From sequence record MN563784.1: a stretch of DNA of 64,000 bases, one strand, 5' to 3'. Shown here in pieces: positions 10,267 to 23,482 of the stretch. The notes beneath the pieces are model-generated. The model searched no databases, was not told where the DNA came from, and saw only the letters and a program-made list of their open reading frames with translations. How positions within the stretch are numbered: position 1 is the stretch's first letter; every line of letters begins with the position of its first letter. A program made the position numbers and the translations under genes.

Positions 10267-11715
10267 CTATTTTGGGAGAATAAATTGTGTATAGGGTGAT
10301 TGATAAATAGCTGAACCATCATCAGTCACGAACACAATTGAATATGAATAAGAATATGGGCCTTCAGCTACTACAAGAATTTCCATTTTAACTTTATTAG
10401 CTCCAATACGAGCTAATTGGTTTCTACTTGGAATATCGATATTTAATACAAGCTTTAATTTTATCTTACGATCTTTAAATGTGATCGGAACTTCTACAAA
10501 GCCTGTATTAGATGTAATCGTCTTAAGTAGTTGATAGCCAACTTTCTTACCCTTTGCGACTTCCTCGAAGAAGTGCTCGGTAATATCAATAATACCAACC
10601 GACTCTCCAAGTTTACCAGCCAAGTAATCTTCAAGACGACTGCGCATAACATTAAATGTAGCTACAGCGTCATTTGCCATACGTGGTGGATTAAGAGTCC
10701 GACTAATGAGTTCATCTGTTGGCGTCGACAAAACATTGATATCTTTCCATACGACTAGAGCAGGTAGTCCCATGGATTCAATTTTCTGTCGAATGGTTGC
10801 ACGGTATGCGTTTGCCAAATTGATGATACCCAGTTCTGGATTTTCAGTACCCAGTGCTTCTGTATGCATATTAATTAGTAACTGGAGATACTCATCTGGC
10901 TCATTTGCCTTATATACACTGAAGGTTGCTTCAGAGATACGACGCCCTAAAATTAAATCAGCTTTAGCTAATTTATCTTTAGCAGTGTCTTTTGGTTTAT
11001 GACCATAGTTATGCATACGACCTAAATTATAGGTGTAATAGAACCCATCTGGTTCTTCTCCAGAGTTAATGGCGAAGAGTAACCTACTTTCGAGGATAAG
11101 TGGATTAACAACTTGTTTTTTAAGTTTGTTAATTTCTTCGCCTTTAACCGAAACCATCACTGGCTTATCATTATTCTGTCCCGAACCAAGCTTAGCATTA
11201 GCATCAGCTTTTTCATTACCAATGTCTCCGTTATGACCGCGGACCCATTGGATGCTTAATGGTTTATTAGTTTCTTCCCATTTAGCTTTTAGTTCGACCA
11301 TCTGTTTCCATAGGTCCTGGTTTGCTACCGGTGTACCGTCTGATTTAATCCAATTGGACTTAATCCATTTGGGTAAATATGCGGTCATACCTTTTCTAAC
11401 GTATTCACTATCCATGAGCATCGTTAGTCTAGGTGCATCTGCTTCATGGGCTATTTTGAAAGCCTCAATTGCAGCGGTTAGCTCACCTGTATTATTAGTA
11501 GGGTTATTAGTTACACTACCAAATGCATCAATATAATTTAAAACAGTGCATGTCTCATCTGCACCTACATCTAAGTATCCCTTAGCTGTTGGTTGCTGTT
11601 TGGTGGCTGCTTTAGATTTCATTGCAACATTTTCATAGGTATAACCATGAATACCCCAACCAGCTTTACCCTGTCGGAATGATCCGTCAGTGTATAAAAC
11701 CATACCGTCTGACAT
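10267..11715 (-). CDS. rnhA: Ribonuclease HI with long C-terminal extension (gp155-like)
   Basis: LYTDGS, TNNTGEL, MDSEYV, WVRGH and GNEKAD motifs in the first ~190 aa. Confidence 0.92.
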   Translation of the reverse strand: MSDGMVLYTDGSFRQGKAGWGIHGYTYENVAMKSKAATKQQPTAKGYLDVGADETCTVLNYIDAFGSVTNNPTNNTGELTAAIEAFKIAHEADAPRLTMLMDSEYVRKGMTAYLPKWIKSNWIKSDGTPVANQDLWKQMVELKAKWEETNKPLSIQWVRGHNGDIGNEKADANAKLGSGQNNDKPVMVSVKGEEINKLKKQVVNPLILESRLLFAINSGEEPDGFYYTYNLGRMHNYGHKPKDTAKDKLAKADLILGRRISEATFSVYKANEPDEYLQLLINMHTEALGTENPELGIINLANAYRATIRQKIESMGLPALVVWKDINVLSTPTDELISRTLNPPRMANDAVATFNVMRSRLEDYLAGKLGESVGIIDITEHFFEEVAKGKKVGYQLLKTITSNTGFVEVPITFKDRKIKLKLVLNIDIPSRNQLARIGANKVKMEILVVAEGPYSYSYSIVFVTDDGSAIYQSPYTQFILPK

Positions 11716-11770
11716 TATTGTTTCCTCATGTGATCGATTACTAAACTAGATAATAATTCTAGCAAGTAAA

Positions 11771-12172
11771 TTACTCATCACACTTTGCACGCCATTCTTC
11801 ATATGCTTGCTCAATTTTAGCGCGCTCAGATACAATATGTGACTTTAATTCTTTTATATAGTCAGTCAACAAGATATCGATTTGTTCCGGAGTTTCTATA
11901 AACTCTGTAATAATCGGTGTTGGCGGTACCGGTTTCTTTCTTGGTAGTTCGAAAACCATACACTTCTTACTAGTATCCTTACTATATTTTTTAGGTGTAG
12001 GCAGAACTTTTTGTATTACCTCTTCTTTAGTTGTAACAACAGATGTATGATCATCTGTAGAAGAGGAGTGCTCATATTGGACCACAGTCGTGTTGTGCGT
12101 GTGGTACTCATGTGGCGTATAAACACAGCCACTGATAAGTGGTAGGAGTATTAGAAAGAACTTTCTTGACAT
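11771..12172 (-). CDS. Outer-membrane lipoprotein, putative o-spanin
   Basis: From the ATG at 12172: MSRKFFLILLPLISG-C lipobox, Pro-rich segment PRKKPVPPTP, helical C-terminus. Confidence 0.7.
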   Translation of the reverse strand: MSRKFFLILLPLISGCVYTPHEYHTHNTTVVQYEHSSSTDDHTSVVTTKEEVIQKVLPTPKKYSKDTSKKCMVFELPRKKPVPPTPIITEFIETPEQIDILLTDYIKELKSHIVSERAKIEQAYEEWRAKCDE

Positions 12173-12192
12173 GTGATCCACCAATTTGGTAC

Positions 12193-12483
12193 TTACTTTA
12201 GCAAGTCATTTAAACGACGGCGGCGCTCAAGCATTTCAGCCTTCTCAGGCGTCATTTTCTTGAGTCGATCCATTTCGGCTTTAACGGCCCAGTTGCTTGC
12301 TTTAACTGACTTCAACTCACTAGTCACTATGAATAAGGTACCTAGTAATATTACAACTAGGATTAACATTGCCGTGACATGTTTGTTTTCCAGCAACACT
12401 TCCTTAATTGTTCTATCACCAAAGATAGCCCTCTTAAGGAATGGCCAAACGAAGAGCAAGGCTTTAATAGTCAAACCGAGCAT
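12193..12483 (-). CDS. Inner-membrane protein, putative i-spanin
   Basis: TM helix VTAMLILVVILLGTLFIVT followed by a charged helical tail. Lies directly upstream of the lipoprotein gene. Confidence 0.6.
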   Translation of the reverse strand: MLGLTIKALLFVWPFLKRAIFGDRTIKEVLLENKHVTAMLILVVILLGTLFIVTSELKSVKASNWAVKAEMDRLKKMTPEKAEMLERRRRLNDLLK

Positions 12484-12658
12484 GATGACCTCTGTTAGTA
12501 CTATGCCTACCCATAAAAGCCAGTATTGGCATTTCTATCAATAGACTGTTACAAGGGTATTACGTAAAGCTCATAATACCAGACTTTTTATTTTAACACA
12601 ACTAGAACAGACTGATTTTATAGATGGAAACCCATCGCGCTCTAATTATGAGGATTAA

Positions 12659-13999
<1,341 letters not shown>

Positions 14000-14009
14000 T
14001 GCATAAATG

Positions 14010-14031
14010 AGAGAGGGCAAAGGCCCTCTCT
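14010..14031 (+). terminator. Terminator hairpin
   Basis: AGAGAGGGC-AAAG-GCCCTCTCT followed by TATATT. Confidence 0.7.
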
Positions 14032-14054
14032 TATATTAATCTAAAGGTGGCGCA

Positions 14055-15005
14055 ATGCGTAGATTCACTCTTAATCTGGCGGATAACCCGCGTGGACAAG
14101 ATCCACGAATAGGTTTCTTCAAAGCAGTTACAACAGCATATCCGGATTTAGGTTTATCTGAAGATAAGTCCATTATCGTAATGGTAATGGATAGTGCAAC
14201 TATCGATGAGCCTAATAGGGCATTTGTTCGTATTCAAAAAGATGCAACTAATAGTGCTGTTTATTACGACTTTCTTTATAATCGTTTTAATGTTAATGAT
14301 TATATTAAAAATCCATATTGGACAGCATCGGAAGTAACGGTTGTTCAAGGATTAAAAAATAGCGAAGCTTTAGTTGCGTATGTTGCTAATAAAGCTAAAT
14401 TAAATTTTACTGCTAGTGACATATGGTTAGAAATATCTAATATAACGTATACCGGTGGTAAGAAACAACCAAACTTTTTATTTAAAGCTATTGATTCATC
14501 ACTATGGTGGAGAGGATGGTTAAATCTATGGTTACATTCAGGTGGTGATGTTGACCCTGATCCGCCGGACCCAGATCCAGATCCTGATCCAGAACCAACA
14601 GATGGCTATCAGATATTCCCGCAATTGCTTGTACCATTTACAATTACAGTTGATAATGAAACAGGTAAATTTGGTAATTGGATTTGTCCGCCTTATGATC
14701 AAGCTATAGGTAGGCTATTGGTACTAATGCCTAAACCAGATGATGCTCAAATAGAAGAGTCACCTAAAGGTGTTATACTACCTTCTGGCAATAGCGAGAA
14801 ACTTAAGGCTGGTGCTGAATATCGAATACTGAATTTAACTAATGAAGATGTCGATATAGCTACTGCTTATCAACAGAGTATCATTAGGCCAATGTATACA
14901 AGTACTGGTTTCTTACCTAATAATGGCTATACTCGATTTATCTGTTATAATGAAACAACTAAAGCGATGTATACACTTGGTCTGTCATGGTGGATGCAAT
15001 CATGA
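14055..15005 (+). CDS. Two-domain protein with Pro-Asp linker, probably virion-associated
   Basis: 316 aa; DPDPPDPDPDPDPEP linker in the middle. Confidence 0.7.
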   Translation: MRRFTLNLADNPRGQDPRIGFFKAVTTAYPDLGLSEDKSIIVMVMDSATIDEPNRAFVRIQKDATNSAVYYDFLYNRFNVNDYIKNPYWTASEVTVVQGLKNSEALVAYVANKAKLNFTASDIWLEISNITYTGGKKQPNFLFKAIDSSLWWRGWLNLWLHSGGDVDPDPPDPDPDPDPEPTDGYQIFPQLLVPFTITVDNETGKFGNWICPPYDQAIGRLLVLMPKPDDAQIEESPKGVILPSGNSEKLKAGAEYRILNLTNEDVDIATAYQQSIIRPMYTSTGFLPNNGYTRFICYNETTKAMYTLGLSWWMQS

Positions 15006-15406
15006 GCGAATTCTGTTATATCTACCCACCTATGAAAGTAATTGACACGTCTAAAGCAACTGGACGTAAGTTTGATATTGACTCAACTTATCTTAATGCG
15101 CACATTATCGTTGAAGATCCTAATTATACTGATAATGATAATTCAGATAGTCCATTTATAGTAAATTTACCAGCTACTGCCTATGATACTAAAAAAGGTA
15201 AATATGTATTTACTATTGCCAATAAGACAAATGGATTATTGGTGATTCGTGCTTATGGTAATCGTTTAGTTGGTAACCGTGTATTCAAAGTTGACTGTCA
15301 ATTAAACAAAGGTGAGGCATGTGAATATAGAACGGTTTATGATTCATTAGAAAATGAATTATACTGGTCTATCGAAGGACGTGTAATGACGGATGTACAG
15401 GAGTAA
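15002..15406 (+). CDS. Hypothetical protein
   Basis: ATG at 15002 overlaps the upstream TGA (ATGA coupling). Confidence 0.7.
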   Translation: MSEFCYIYPPMKVIDTSKATGRKFDIDSTYLNAHIIVEDPNYTDNDNSDSPFIVNLPATAYDTKKGKYVFTIANKTNGLLVIRAYGNRLVGNRVFKVDCQLNKGEACEYRTVYDSLENELYWSIEGRVMTDVQE

Positions 15407-15409
15407 ATC

Positions 15410-15883
15410 ATGGCAGATACATCAAAATGTGATAATTTCATTCCTGGTGCATTTTACACAACAATAAATAAATATCCATTAAAAATGAAACACCCTCTTT
15501 ATGGAGATGATGTTATTTATAATCTGTTAGATGTTAAAGATTATTTTGATACTAACATTATCTTTAAAGAAGAAGATGGATATGTATCATCACCAACAAC
15601 ACCTACATTTATTGGCACTGTTATTAAATATAATACATCATTGCCAAATGGATTTACTTTCGTATTGAGTTTCTATGAAAAAGATCCTATTAATGGCAAA
15701 GAGACTAGGGACTTATTAAGTTTTTGGGCACAAGACAAAGATGGTAAATTAGTTATACCTAGAGGTTTTCCATTTGAAGATGCTTCTGTGCGCGGTACGG
15801 TTGGACAACGATTTATATTAGTCAGACCTAATGGCCAAACAACTGGTGATTATATTTGGGTTTGTCCTGGTCAAGCATTTTAA
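15410..15883 (+). CDS. Hypothetical protein
   Basis: 157 aa, GGAG RBS. Confidence 0.75.
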   Translation: MADTSKCDNFIPGAFYTTINKYPLKMKHPLYGDDVIYNLLDVKDYFDTNIIFKEEDGYVSSPTTPTFIGTVIKYNTSLPNGFTFVLSFYEKDPINGKETRDLLSFWAQDKDGKLVIPRGFPFEDASVRGTVGQRFILVRPNGQTTGDYIWVCPGQAF

Positions 15884-15888
15884 TTTAA

Positions 15889-15916
15889 AGCGGATCTGCT
15901 TTAAAGTGGATCCGCT
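15889..15916 (+). terminator. Terminator hairpin
   Basis: AGCGGATC...GATCCGCT stem followed by ATTATTT. Confidence 0.65.
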
Positions 15917-15957
15917 ATTATTTCGTCTTAAAGTAACTATAGTGCTCAATTGAATGA

Positions 15958-16617
<660 letters not shown>

Positions 16618-16652
16618 CAACCTTATGAACTTTAATACTCCGGAGTTTTAAA

Positions 16653-18221
16653 ATGGCTAAGAAAAAAACAGTTCCCGCAATGGATTTCTTTGCAAGTCTT
16701 GAGCGCGTTTCTGATGCTGAAGATAAGAATGTCAATCTTGATGTTGGTAAAGAATTACCAGAACAATTAAAAGATGATGAAGATGGTAAAGTAAATCCAT
16801 GTGATGAAGTTACCAATGTCGTTACCAATACCCCAATTGACGTATGCAAAGGTCCAGATGTTGATGGAACTGCTGATAAGATCAATGATAAGAAGATTCA
16901 TGTTAGTCAAGGGCTAAAAGAATTCCAAGTAGCTAAAGGTGATCGTGTTGAAAACGAAATCACTGAAACAGCTGATGAAATGATCACTAAAGTAAGTGAT
17001 ACTAAAGATCTTAATGTTAGTACCAAAAAACCACACCAAATTGCAGATGTCCCATCGAATGAAGACATTTCTATTATGGAAGCCAATGAGACTGAGCAGC
17101 TAGACCATGGCTATGATGCCACCGCACTACTGGAAACTACTGAAGATATCATCACTGGTGAACTAGATGATCATCTAGAATCATTATCAGTTGAAATGTT
17201 TACAATTGTAAATGAACTGACTAAAGTAGAATCTGTTCAAACTGCATTAGAAAACTATATTGGTTTAGTTAGTAACCGCCATCATCGCGGGCATGATGTC
17301 GATCATGATCTAGCTAAAGCTATTAGCATCGCGCTAGAGTCATTTGACTATAAATATTTTAATAACACTGTGCCATCAATGGAATCCTTTATATCACCGC
17401 TAACTCGGCCTAAAGCTTCTATTGAAGTATTAGATAATCTACAAGCTAAAGCAAAAGAAGTATCTACTGTTGCATTAGATTTCATTAAGAAGCTAATTCG
17501 CATTGTTGTAGAAACTTATCAACGTATTCGCCAGAATGTCAGTAATCAAATAGAACGCGTTAATAAGATCATGAAACGCGTTAAAGAGAATGAACTACCC
17601 GATGAAGTTCGTACTATCGCAATTCCACGCGATCTGATTCTAGGTGACACTGGTGAGAGTTGGGTTGGTGTAGACCCTGTTCAGGGGGTTACTGTAATCC
17701 GTAATCTATTTGACAGCATTGAAAAGAATGGACTGCGTGCTCTTAAAGCAGCCTTAGCTGGAAAAACAACTGATGATAAAGCACTGGCTTTAGCTAAAGG
17801 TATGTTTGGAACAGCTACCAAAATTAATGCTAATGGTGTCCGATATGCTAGCCCGGTTGTGCCCGGTAATCGTGTTTATACCTTTGGTAAAGACAAAGCT
17901 GCGGTAGACTTCTCCATTCTTGATGCACCGGGTAAACCCAACTATGGAATTACTGTTGAACTATTAGTTGATAAGAATGTTGTTATGGCTCAGCTAAAAG
18001 CAGTTCATAACCTCCTAAATCATCTAAATAATATTCGCGGTATCTCTAAAGAGTCAACTGCTGAAATCATTGCACAGATGACTGATAAAGAAGCAACCAA
18101 TGTTGGTAAGGCTTATCTAACTGGCACCACTGAAGCTAGTAATGATCTGTTTAAATGTGTGATGATCTGGATCACCGTACTTGAGAAACTAGTTGATAGT
18201 GAAATCAAGGAAACTGAATAG
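16653..18221 (+). CDS. Inner-head (inner body) protein, gp162-like
   Basis: 522 aa. Acidic N-terminal propeptide-like region with ASLE, ALES and SMES protease motifs. Confidence 0.8.
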   Translation: MAKKKTVPAMDFFASLERVSDAEDKNVNLDVGKELPEQLKDDEDGKVNPCDEVTNVVTNTPIDVCKGPDVDGTADKINDKKIHVSQGLKEFQVAKGDRVENEITETADEMITKVSDTKDLNVSTKKPHQIADVPSNEDISIMEANETEQLDHGYDATALLETTEDIITGELDDHLESLSVEMFTIVNELTKVESVQTALENYIGLVSNRHHRGHDVDHDLAKAISIALESFDYKYFNNTVPSMESFISPLTRPKASIEVLDNLQAKAKEVSTVALDFIKKLIRIVVETYQRIRQNVSNQIERVNKIMKRVKENELPDEVRTIAIPRDLILGDTGESWVGVDPVQGVTVIRNLFDSIEKNGLRALKAALAGKTTDDKALALAKGMFGTATKINANGVRYASPVVPGNRVYTFGKDKAAVDFSILDAPGKPNYGITVELLVDKNVVMAQLKAVHNLLNHLNNIRGISKESTAEIIAQMTDKEATNVGKAYLTGTTEASNDLFKCVMIWITVLEKLVDSEIKETE

Positions 18222-18230
18222 GTAAACATA

Positions 18231-19418
18231 ATGTCCACATATGCAGAACTATTAATTACCAATAATGAACTCAAAGAGGCTATTGTTTCTGTTGAAGCAT
18301 ATCGCCATCGATTAGCTCGTTATCAAGATCTGCTAGATGGACGTGACGTAGCATCTGAAGACCTGTCTAAAGCGATGTCATTTGCTTTAGAAAGTATCGA
18401 TCCCGCCTTCTCCATAAAAGAAGGCGGTATAATTACACTACGTGCTTTAAAAGATGCATTAGTTCGAGCTGCTAAGGCTGCACGAGATATTGTGCGGATG
18501 GTAATCGAAACACTCACGGCATTCTACGTCAAGTTTACTGGCAGTATTTCACATGTGCGTAAAACACAGCAAAAATTATCTAGGCGACTTGCAAAACTAG
18601 GTAATCGTACGACTAATACTCGATTGACTGTTTCTGGTTTACAGCGATTATCTATTAACGGTGAATTCATTGGTGATCGACCAGATAATCTTTTAGATAT
18701 CAAAGAAGTCACTAATTATATTTTAATGACTTATCCTAAAATGACTTCTAATATTGCTCGAAATATTAGTAGACAAGCATTGAATATCTTAGATAATCAA
18801 GGCGAAGATACCACTACAGAAATCATTGATGAGTTATTACAATCTTTTGCCGATATAGTGCGTCGTGATTTTAAAGCGCCGCCAGGGGATGAGCCATTAA
18901 AGAAAGGTGAGACTACTTCTACTGGTACCCATAGAAGTTATATTTTACCAGCTAATCGTGCATTTGTTTATACTGATGCTGACCATATAGCTACATCAGT
19001 TACTAATAAACAATCTGCACTAGAAATGGTTCGCAATACATTTACAATGGAATTTACAGAGTTACAAATCAATGCAATTGATAGCACTGAACGAGATATA
19101 GAAGTACCTTCTGTAACTACGCTAAGTGATATTGTAACTGGTATTGCTAATATTTTAACGATCGCTGAACGTGCTAAACAAGGCGAAGTAGAATATAAAA
19201 CAGTTAAGGTAGTTGTAGATGATTCAATTCGACAGCTAGCTGAACGTAGTGAGTTATTGGGAAGGGCAAATGGCGAGGCAATTAATATGCTCGCTGAGAT
19301 ATCCCGAAAATTAGCAGAACCTGTTGGTAACTACACCCATTGGTTAGCAGTAACTCTTAAAGTCTGGTTAACATTTGTTAGTCACTGCATTACTCATTAT
19401 GAGAATGAAGGTATTTAA
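18231..19418 (+). CDS. Inner-head protein paralog, gp163-like
   Basis: 395 aa. N-terminus (SVEAY...DLSKAMSFALESI) parallels the upstream gene (ALENY...DLAKAISIALESF). Confidence 0.8.
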   Translation: MSTYAELLITNNELKEAIVSVEAYRHRLARYQDLLDGRDVASEDLSKAMSFALESIDPAFSIKEGGIITLRALKDALVRAAKAARDIVRMVIETLTAFYVKFTGSISHVRKTQQKLSRRLAKLGNRTTNTRLTVSGLQRLSINGEFIGDRPDNLLDIKEVTNYILMTYPKMTSNIARNISRQALNILDNQGEDTTTEIIDELLQSFADIVRRDFKAPPGDEPLKKGETTSTGTHRSYILPANRAFVYTDADHIATSVTNKQSALEMVRNTFTMEFTELQINAIDSTERDIEVPSVTTLSDIVTGIANILTIAERAKQGEVEYKTVKVVVDDSIRQLAERSELLGRANGEAINMLAEISRKLAEPVGNYTHWLAVTLKVWLTFVSHCITHYENEGI

Positions 19419-19426
19419 CAGCATAA

Positions 19427-19447
19427 GCCCTCCCATAGTGGGAGGGC
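19427..19447. terminator. Bidirectional terminator, repeated family
   Basis: GCCCTCCCA-TAG-TGGGAGGGC between convergent genes. Confidence 0.8.
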
Positions 19448-19457
19448 ATTATGTTCT

Positions 19458-20630
<1,173 letters not shown>

Positions 20631-20679
20631 TTACTAGGGTTATTAACTCTATAGAGTAAGACATTATTAAGGGTTAATC

Positions 20680-23172
20680 ATGCAGATCAAGCTACTTAAG
20701 CTAATTGGCTATACTAGGTTGATGGCCAATAATACACATTATTTTGAATGGACTCCAAGCAAACAGATGATGGTTATACTTGGTAGTAATGGTTCTGGCA
20801 AATCATCTATTATTAGTGAACTGACACCTGTTGTATCTAGCAGTTCAAACTTCAAGCAAGGTGGCGAGAAACATTTCCATTGTCATGCAAATGGTAAAGA
20901 CTATAAATTAATTTCTAAATATAACCGTGGCACTGGACATCATTCCTTTTTATGTAATGATGAAGAATTAAATAGTGGTCATACCTTTAAAGAACAAGAA
21001 GAACTTGTAATGGCGCATTTCGGGTTAAACCGAGAACTGCATGAAATGTTGACAGGTAAGATGCGTTTTACAAAGTTAAAACCTAATGAACGTAAAGCAT
21101 GGTTAACTAGAATGTCTGTAGTTAACCTTGATTATGCATTTAATGTTTATAACAAAGTACGTAAAGAATTATCTAACCAGCAAGGTACTGTTAAAACAAT
21201 TAATAAGCGATTGGTCACAGAACACCATGGGGTATTGAATGATTCAGAAATGACACAGTTGAAAGAAGTGAAACAACGGTTAGTTAGTCGTATTGATTTA
21301 CTTTATAAAACACGTGATAAGAAAGGTGTCCTTCATTTTAGAGATGAAACCACTGCACGTAAAGAATTAGATTCTATCTTAGATGAAGCTCGTTCATTGT
21401 TAATGTCATTTCCAATGTTACCTATTCAAGTTAAAGTAGATGGGTATGAATCTTTCTTAGAACTAAATAATAAGAAGATTGAAGAATATAAATCTATACA
21501 AGCAGTTATTGCACGTTTAGTTGAAGAATTAGAAGAATTAAAAAGCTCTAATCCGAATACAGCTGAACGTATGTCTCCAGAAGAAATACAAGAACTTAAG
21601 GACAGACATGAACATCATACACGCATTGCTGAAGAAGCTATTAGTAAATATAAGAAGTATACCGGTAGATTTCCTTTGGTTGACATTTCTGTTAACGGTG
21701 ATCCATCTGGTAAACTTACTGATCTCTCAGATCGTTGGATCAAACTTCTCACTACATTTCCTAATAATGAGAATGGTTACTTAAGTAAAGAAACTGCTAT
21801 TAAAAATGCAGAAAGGCTAAAAGAATTAAAAAGTAAATACTCAACCATGGAAGGCATGTATTTACAAATTAATCAACGCCTAAATTCATTTAAGGAATGT
21901 GCATCTATTATTTGTCCATCGTGCACTCATTCATTTAAACCTGGTGTTAGTGAACAAGATATCACAATAGCAGAAGAGCGCAAAGCTAAGTTAGATGAAG
22001 CGATGGATAGCTGTTCAAATGAGATCAAGGTTCTTGAACAGTACATGACTGACTTCAATGAATATGTAAGTTATGTACATGGCTACGTTCAATTAACGAA
22101 AGAGTATAACGAATTTGATACATTATGGAACTATGTAGCTGAGCATATCGTAATGTATCGCACACCAGCAAAATATATAAATGATGCATTAGACTGGCGA
22201 GATGCAATGCAGCAACTCATTGTCTCTAAGCAAGCTCATGCGGAAGCTACTTTATTAGCTCAACGACTACGTGTTATTGCTGAGATGGATCAAGATGCAT
22301 TAGGATTCATTAAGGCACGTACAACTGCACTAGAAACTGAAATTAATAATAAAACACATGTAGCAACTGACTTACAAAGAAAAGCAGCTCATTTCAATAA
22401 AGCTGGTAATGCTATTCGTGAATGGGAAGATAAGTATCATTCTTTTATTGAACGGTGGGAGCAGTTTATTAAAAAGATAGTGGATACAGCTGACAACTTT
22501 GTAGATAAGGCATACCAAGCGGAGATTGATGCTGTTAACTTAGAACTATCTAGTGTACATAGCCGTTTAAGTGAAATGGAACGTCATGAAGAACGTATTA
22601 AAGTTTTAGAATCAGAAGTTAACCATGCACAACAAATGGCTACTGATTTAGCTATTCTTGAAAAAGCATTATCACCAAAAAGTGGTATTCTTGGTCGCTA
22701 TTTATTAGGTTTCTTACAAGGAGTAGTTAAACTAGTAAATGCATACATCAATGAGATTTGGACTTATAGGTTAGAAGTATTACCTTCTAATGTTGACAAA
22801 GATGGCATGGATTATAAGTTCCCAATGCATATTGCAGGTGGTGACGTTCAGCCACCGGACATTGAATACGGGTCTGACTCACAATTAGAGATTGTTGATT
22901 TTGCTTTTAGAATGGCTATCTTGAAATTTTTACATCTAGATGACATGCCCCTTTTCTTAGATGAATTTAGCAGGACTTTTGATGAACAACATCGAGCCAA
23001 TGCTATTCCATTCATTAACAGGTTAATTGAAAATGGCATTGTTAATCAAGTGTTCTTCATCAGCCACTTTGAATCAACACACGGTGCATTTAACCAAGCT
23101 GAATTTATTGTACTTGATCCAGCTAATATTAGTACTCCAGAAGTATTTAATAAAAATCTAGTATTAAAATAA
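20680..23172 (+). CDS. sbcC: SbcC/Rad50-like SMC ATPase (gp165-like)
   Basis: Walker A GSNGSGKS, long coiled coils, central CPSC zinc hook, GSDSQ signature, Walker B LFLDE. Confidence 0.92.
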   Translation: MQIKLLKLIGYTRLMANNTHYFEWTPSKQMMVILGSNGSGKSSIISELTPVVSSSSNFKQGGEKHFHCHANGKDYKLISKYNRGTGHHSFLCNDEELNSGHTFKEQEELVMAHFGLNRELHEMLTGKMRFTKLKPNERKAWLTRMSVVNLDYAFNVYNKVRKELSNQQGTVKTINKRLVTEHHGVLNDSEMTQLKEVKQRLVSRIDLLYKTRDKKGVLHFRDETTARKELDSILDEARSLLMSFPMLPIQVKVDGYESFLELNNKKIEEYKSIQAVIARLVEELEELKSSNPNTAERMSPEEIQELKDRHEHHTRIAEEAISKYKKYTGRFPLVDISVNGDPSGKLTDLSDRWIKLLTTFPNNENGYLSKETAIKNAERLKELKSKYSTMEGMYLQINQRLNSFKECASIICPSCTHSFKPGVSEQDITIAEERKAKLDEAMDSCSNEIKVLEQYMTDFNEYVSYVHGYVQLTKEYNEFDTLWNYVAEHIVMYRTPAKYINDALDWRDAMQQLIVSKQAHAEATLLAQRLRVIAEMDQDALGFIKARTTALETEINNKTHVATDLQRKAAHFNKAGNAIREWEDKYHSFIERWEQFIKKIVDTADNFVDKAYQAEIDAVNLELSSVHSRLSEMERHEERIKVLESEVNHAQQMATDLAILEKALSPKSGILGRYLLGFLQGVVKLVNAYINEIWTYRLEVLPSNVDKDGMDYKFPMHIAGGDVQPPDIEYGSDSQLEIVDFAFRMAILKFLHLDDMPLFLDEFSRTFDEQHRANAIPFINRLIENGIVNQVFFISHFESTHGAFNQAEFIVLDPANISTPEVFNKNLVLK

Positions 23173-23187
23173 TTATAAGCAACATAA

Positions 23188-23208
23188 GCCCTCCCGCAAT
23201 GGGAGGGC
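23188..23208. terminator. Bidirectional terminator, repeated family
   Basis: GCCCTCCC-GCAAT-GGGAGGGC. Confidence 0.8.
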
Positions 23209-23214
23209 ATTATA

Positions 23215-23391
23215 TTAGTAACTATCTTTATAAGTGCTATTAAGTGAAACACTTTCAAAACTCTTTTTATTTTTATCAGCCTCAACAAAGTCTTTACCAA
23301 CTGATTGTGGTACACCAACTTTCTTAGCAAACTTCTTATCATTGGCTACAGCAGCCATGAAGTTATGTTGTTTTTTACTTTTACTAGGCAT
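23215..23391 (-). CDS. Small 58-aa protein absent from the ORF track
   Basis: Hand translation MPSKSKKQHNFMAAVANDKKFAKKVGVPQSVGKDFVEADKNKKSFESVSLNSTYKDSY. GAGG RBS. Ends at the terminator. Confidence 0.75.
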   Translation of the reverse strand: MPSKSKKQHNFMAAVANDKKFAKKVGVPQSVGKDFVEADKNKKSFESVSLNSTYKDSY

Positions 23392-23417
23392 CGTATATTC
23401 CTCTAAGTTTTCACAAC

Positions 23418-23448
23418 TACACTAAAAAATAATTAAGATATATATTAC
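23418..23448 (+). promoter_or_regulatory. Early (vRNAP) promoter
   Basis: TATATTAC at 23441-23448 (phiKZ early consensus) with upstream TACACTAAAAAA..TAAGAT. Confidence 0.8.
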
Positions 23449-23482
23449 TACTATGCATACAATATCTTAAGAGGTTAATGAC

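Noticed and set aside
23046-23425. Tracked 98-aa (-) and 63-aa (+) ORFs
   Set aside because: Both overlap sbcC, the terminator or the better-supported 58-aa gene, which has an RBS.
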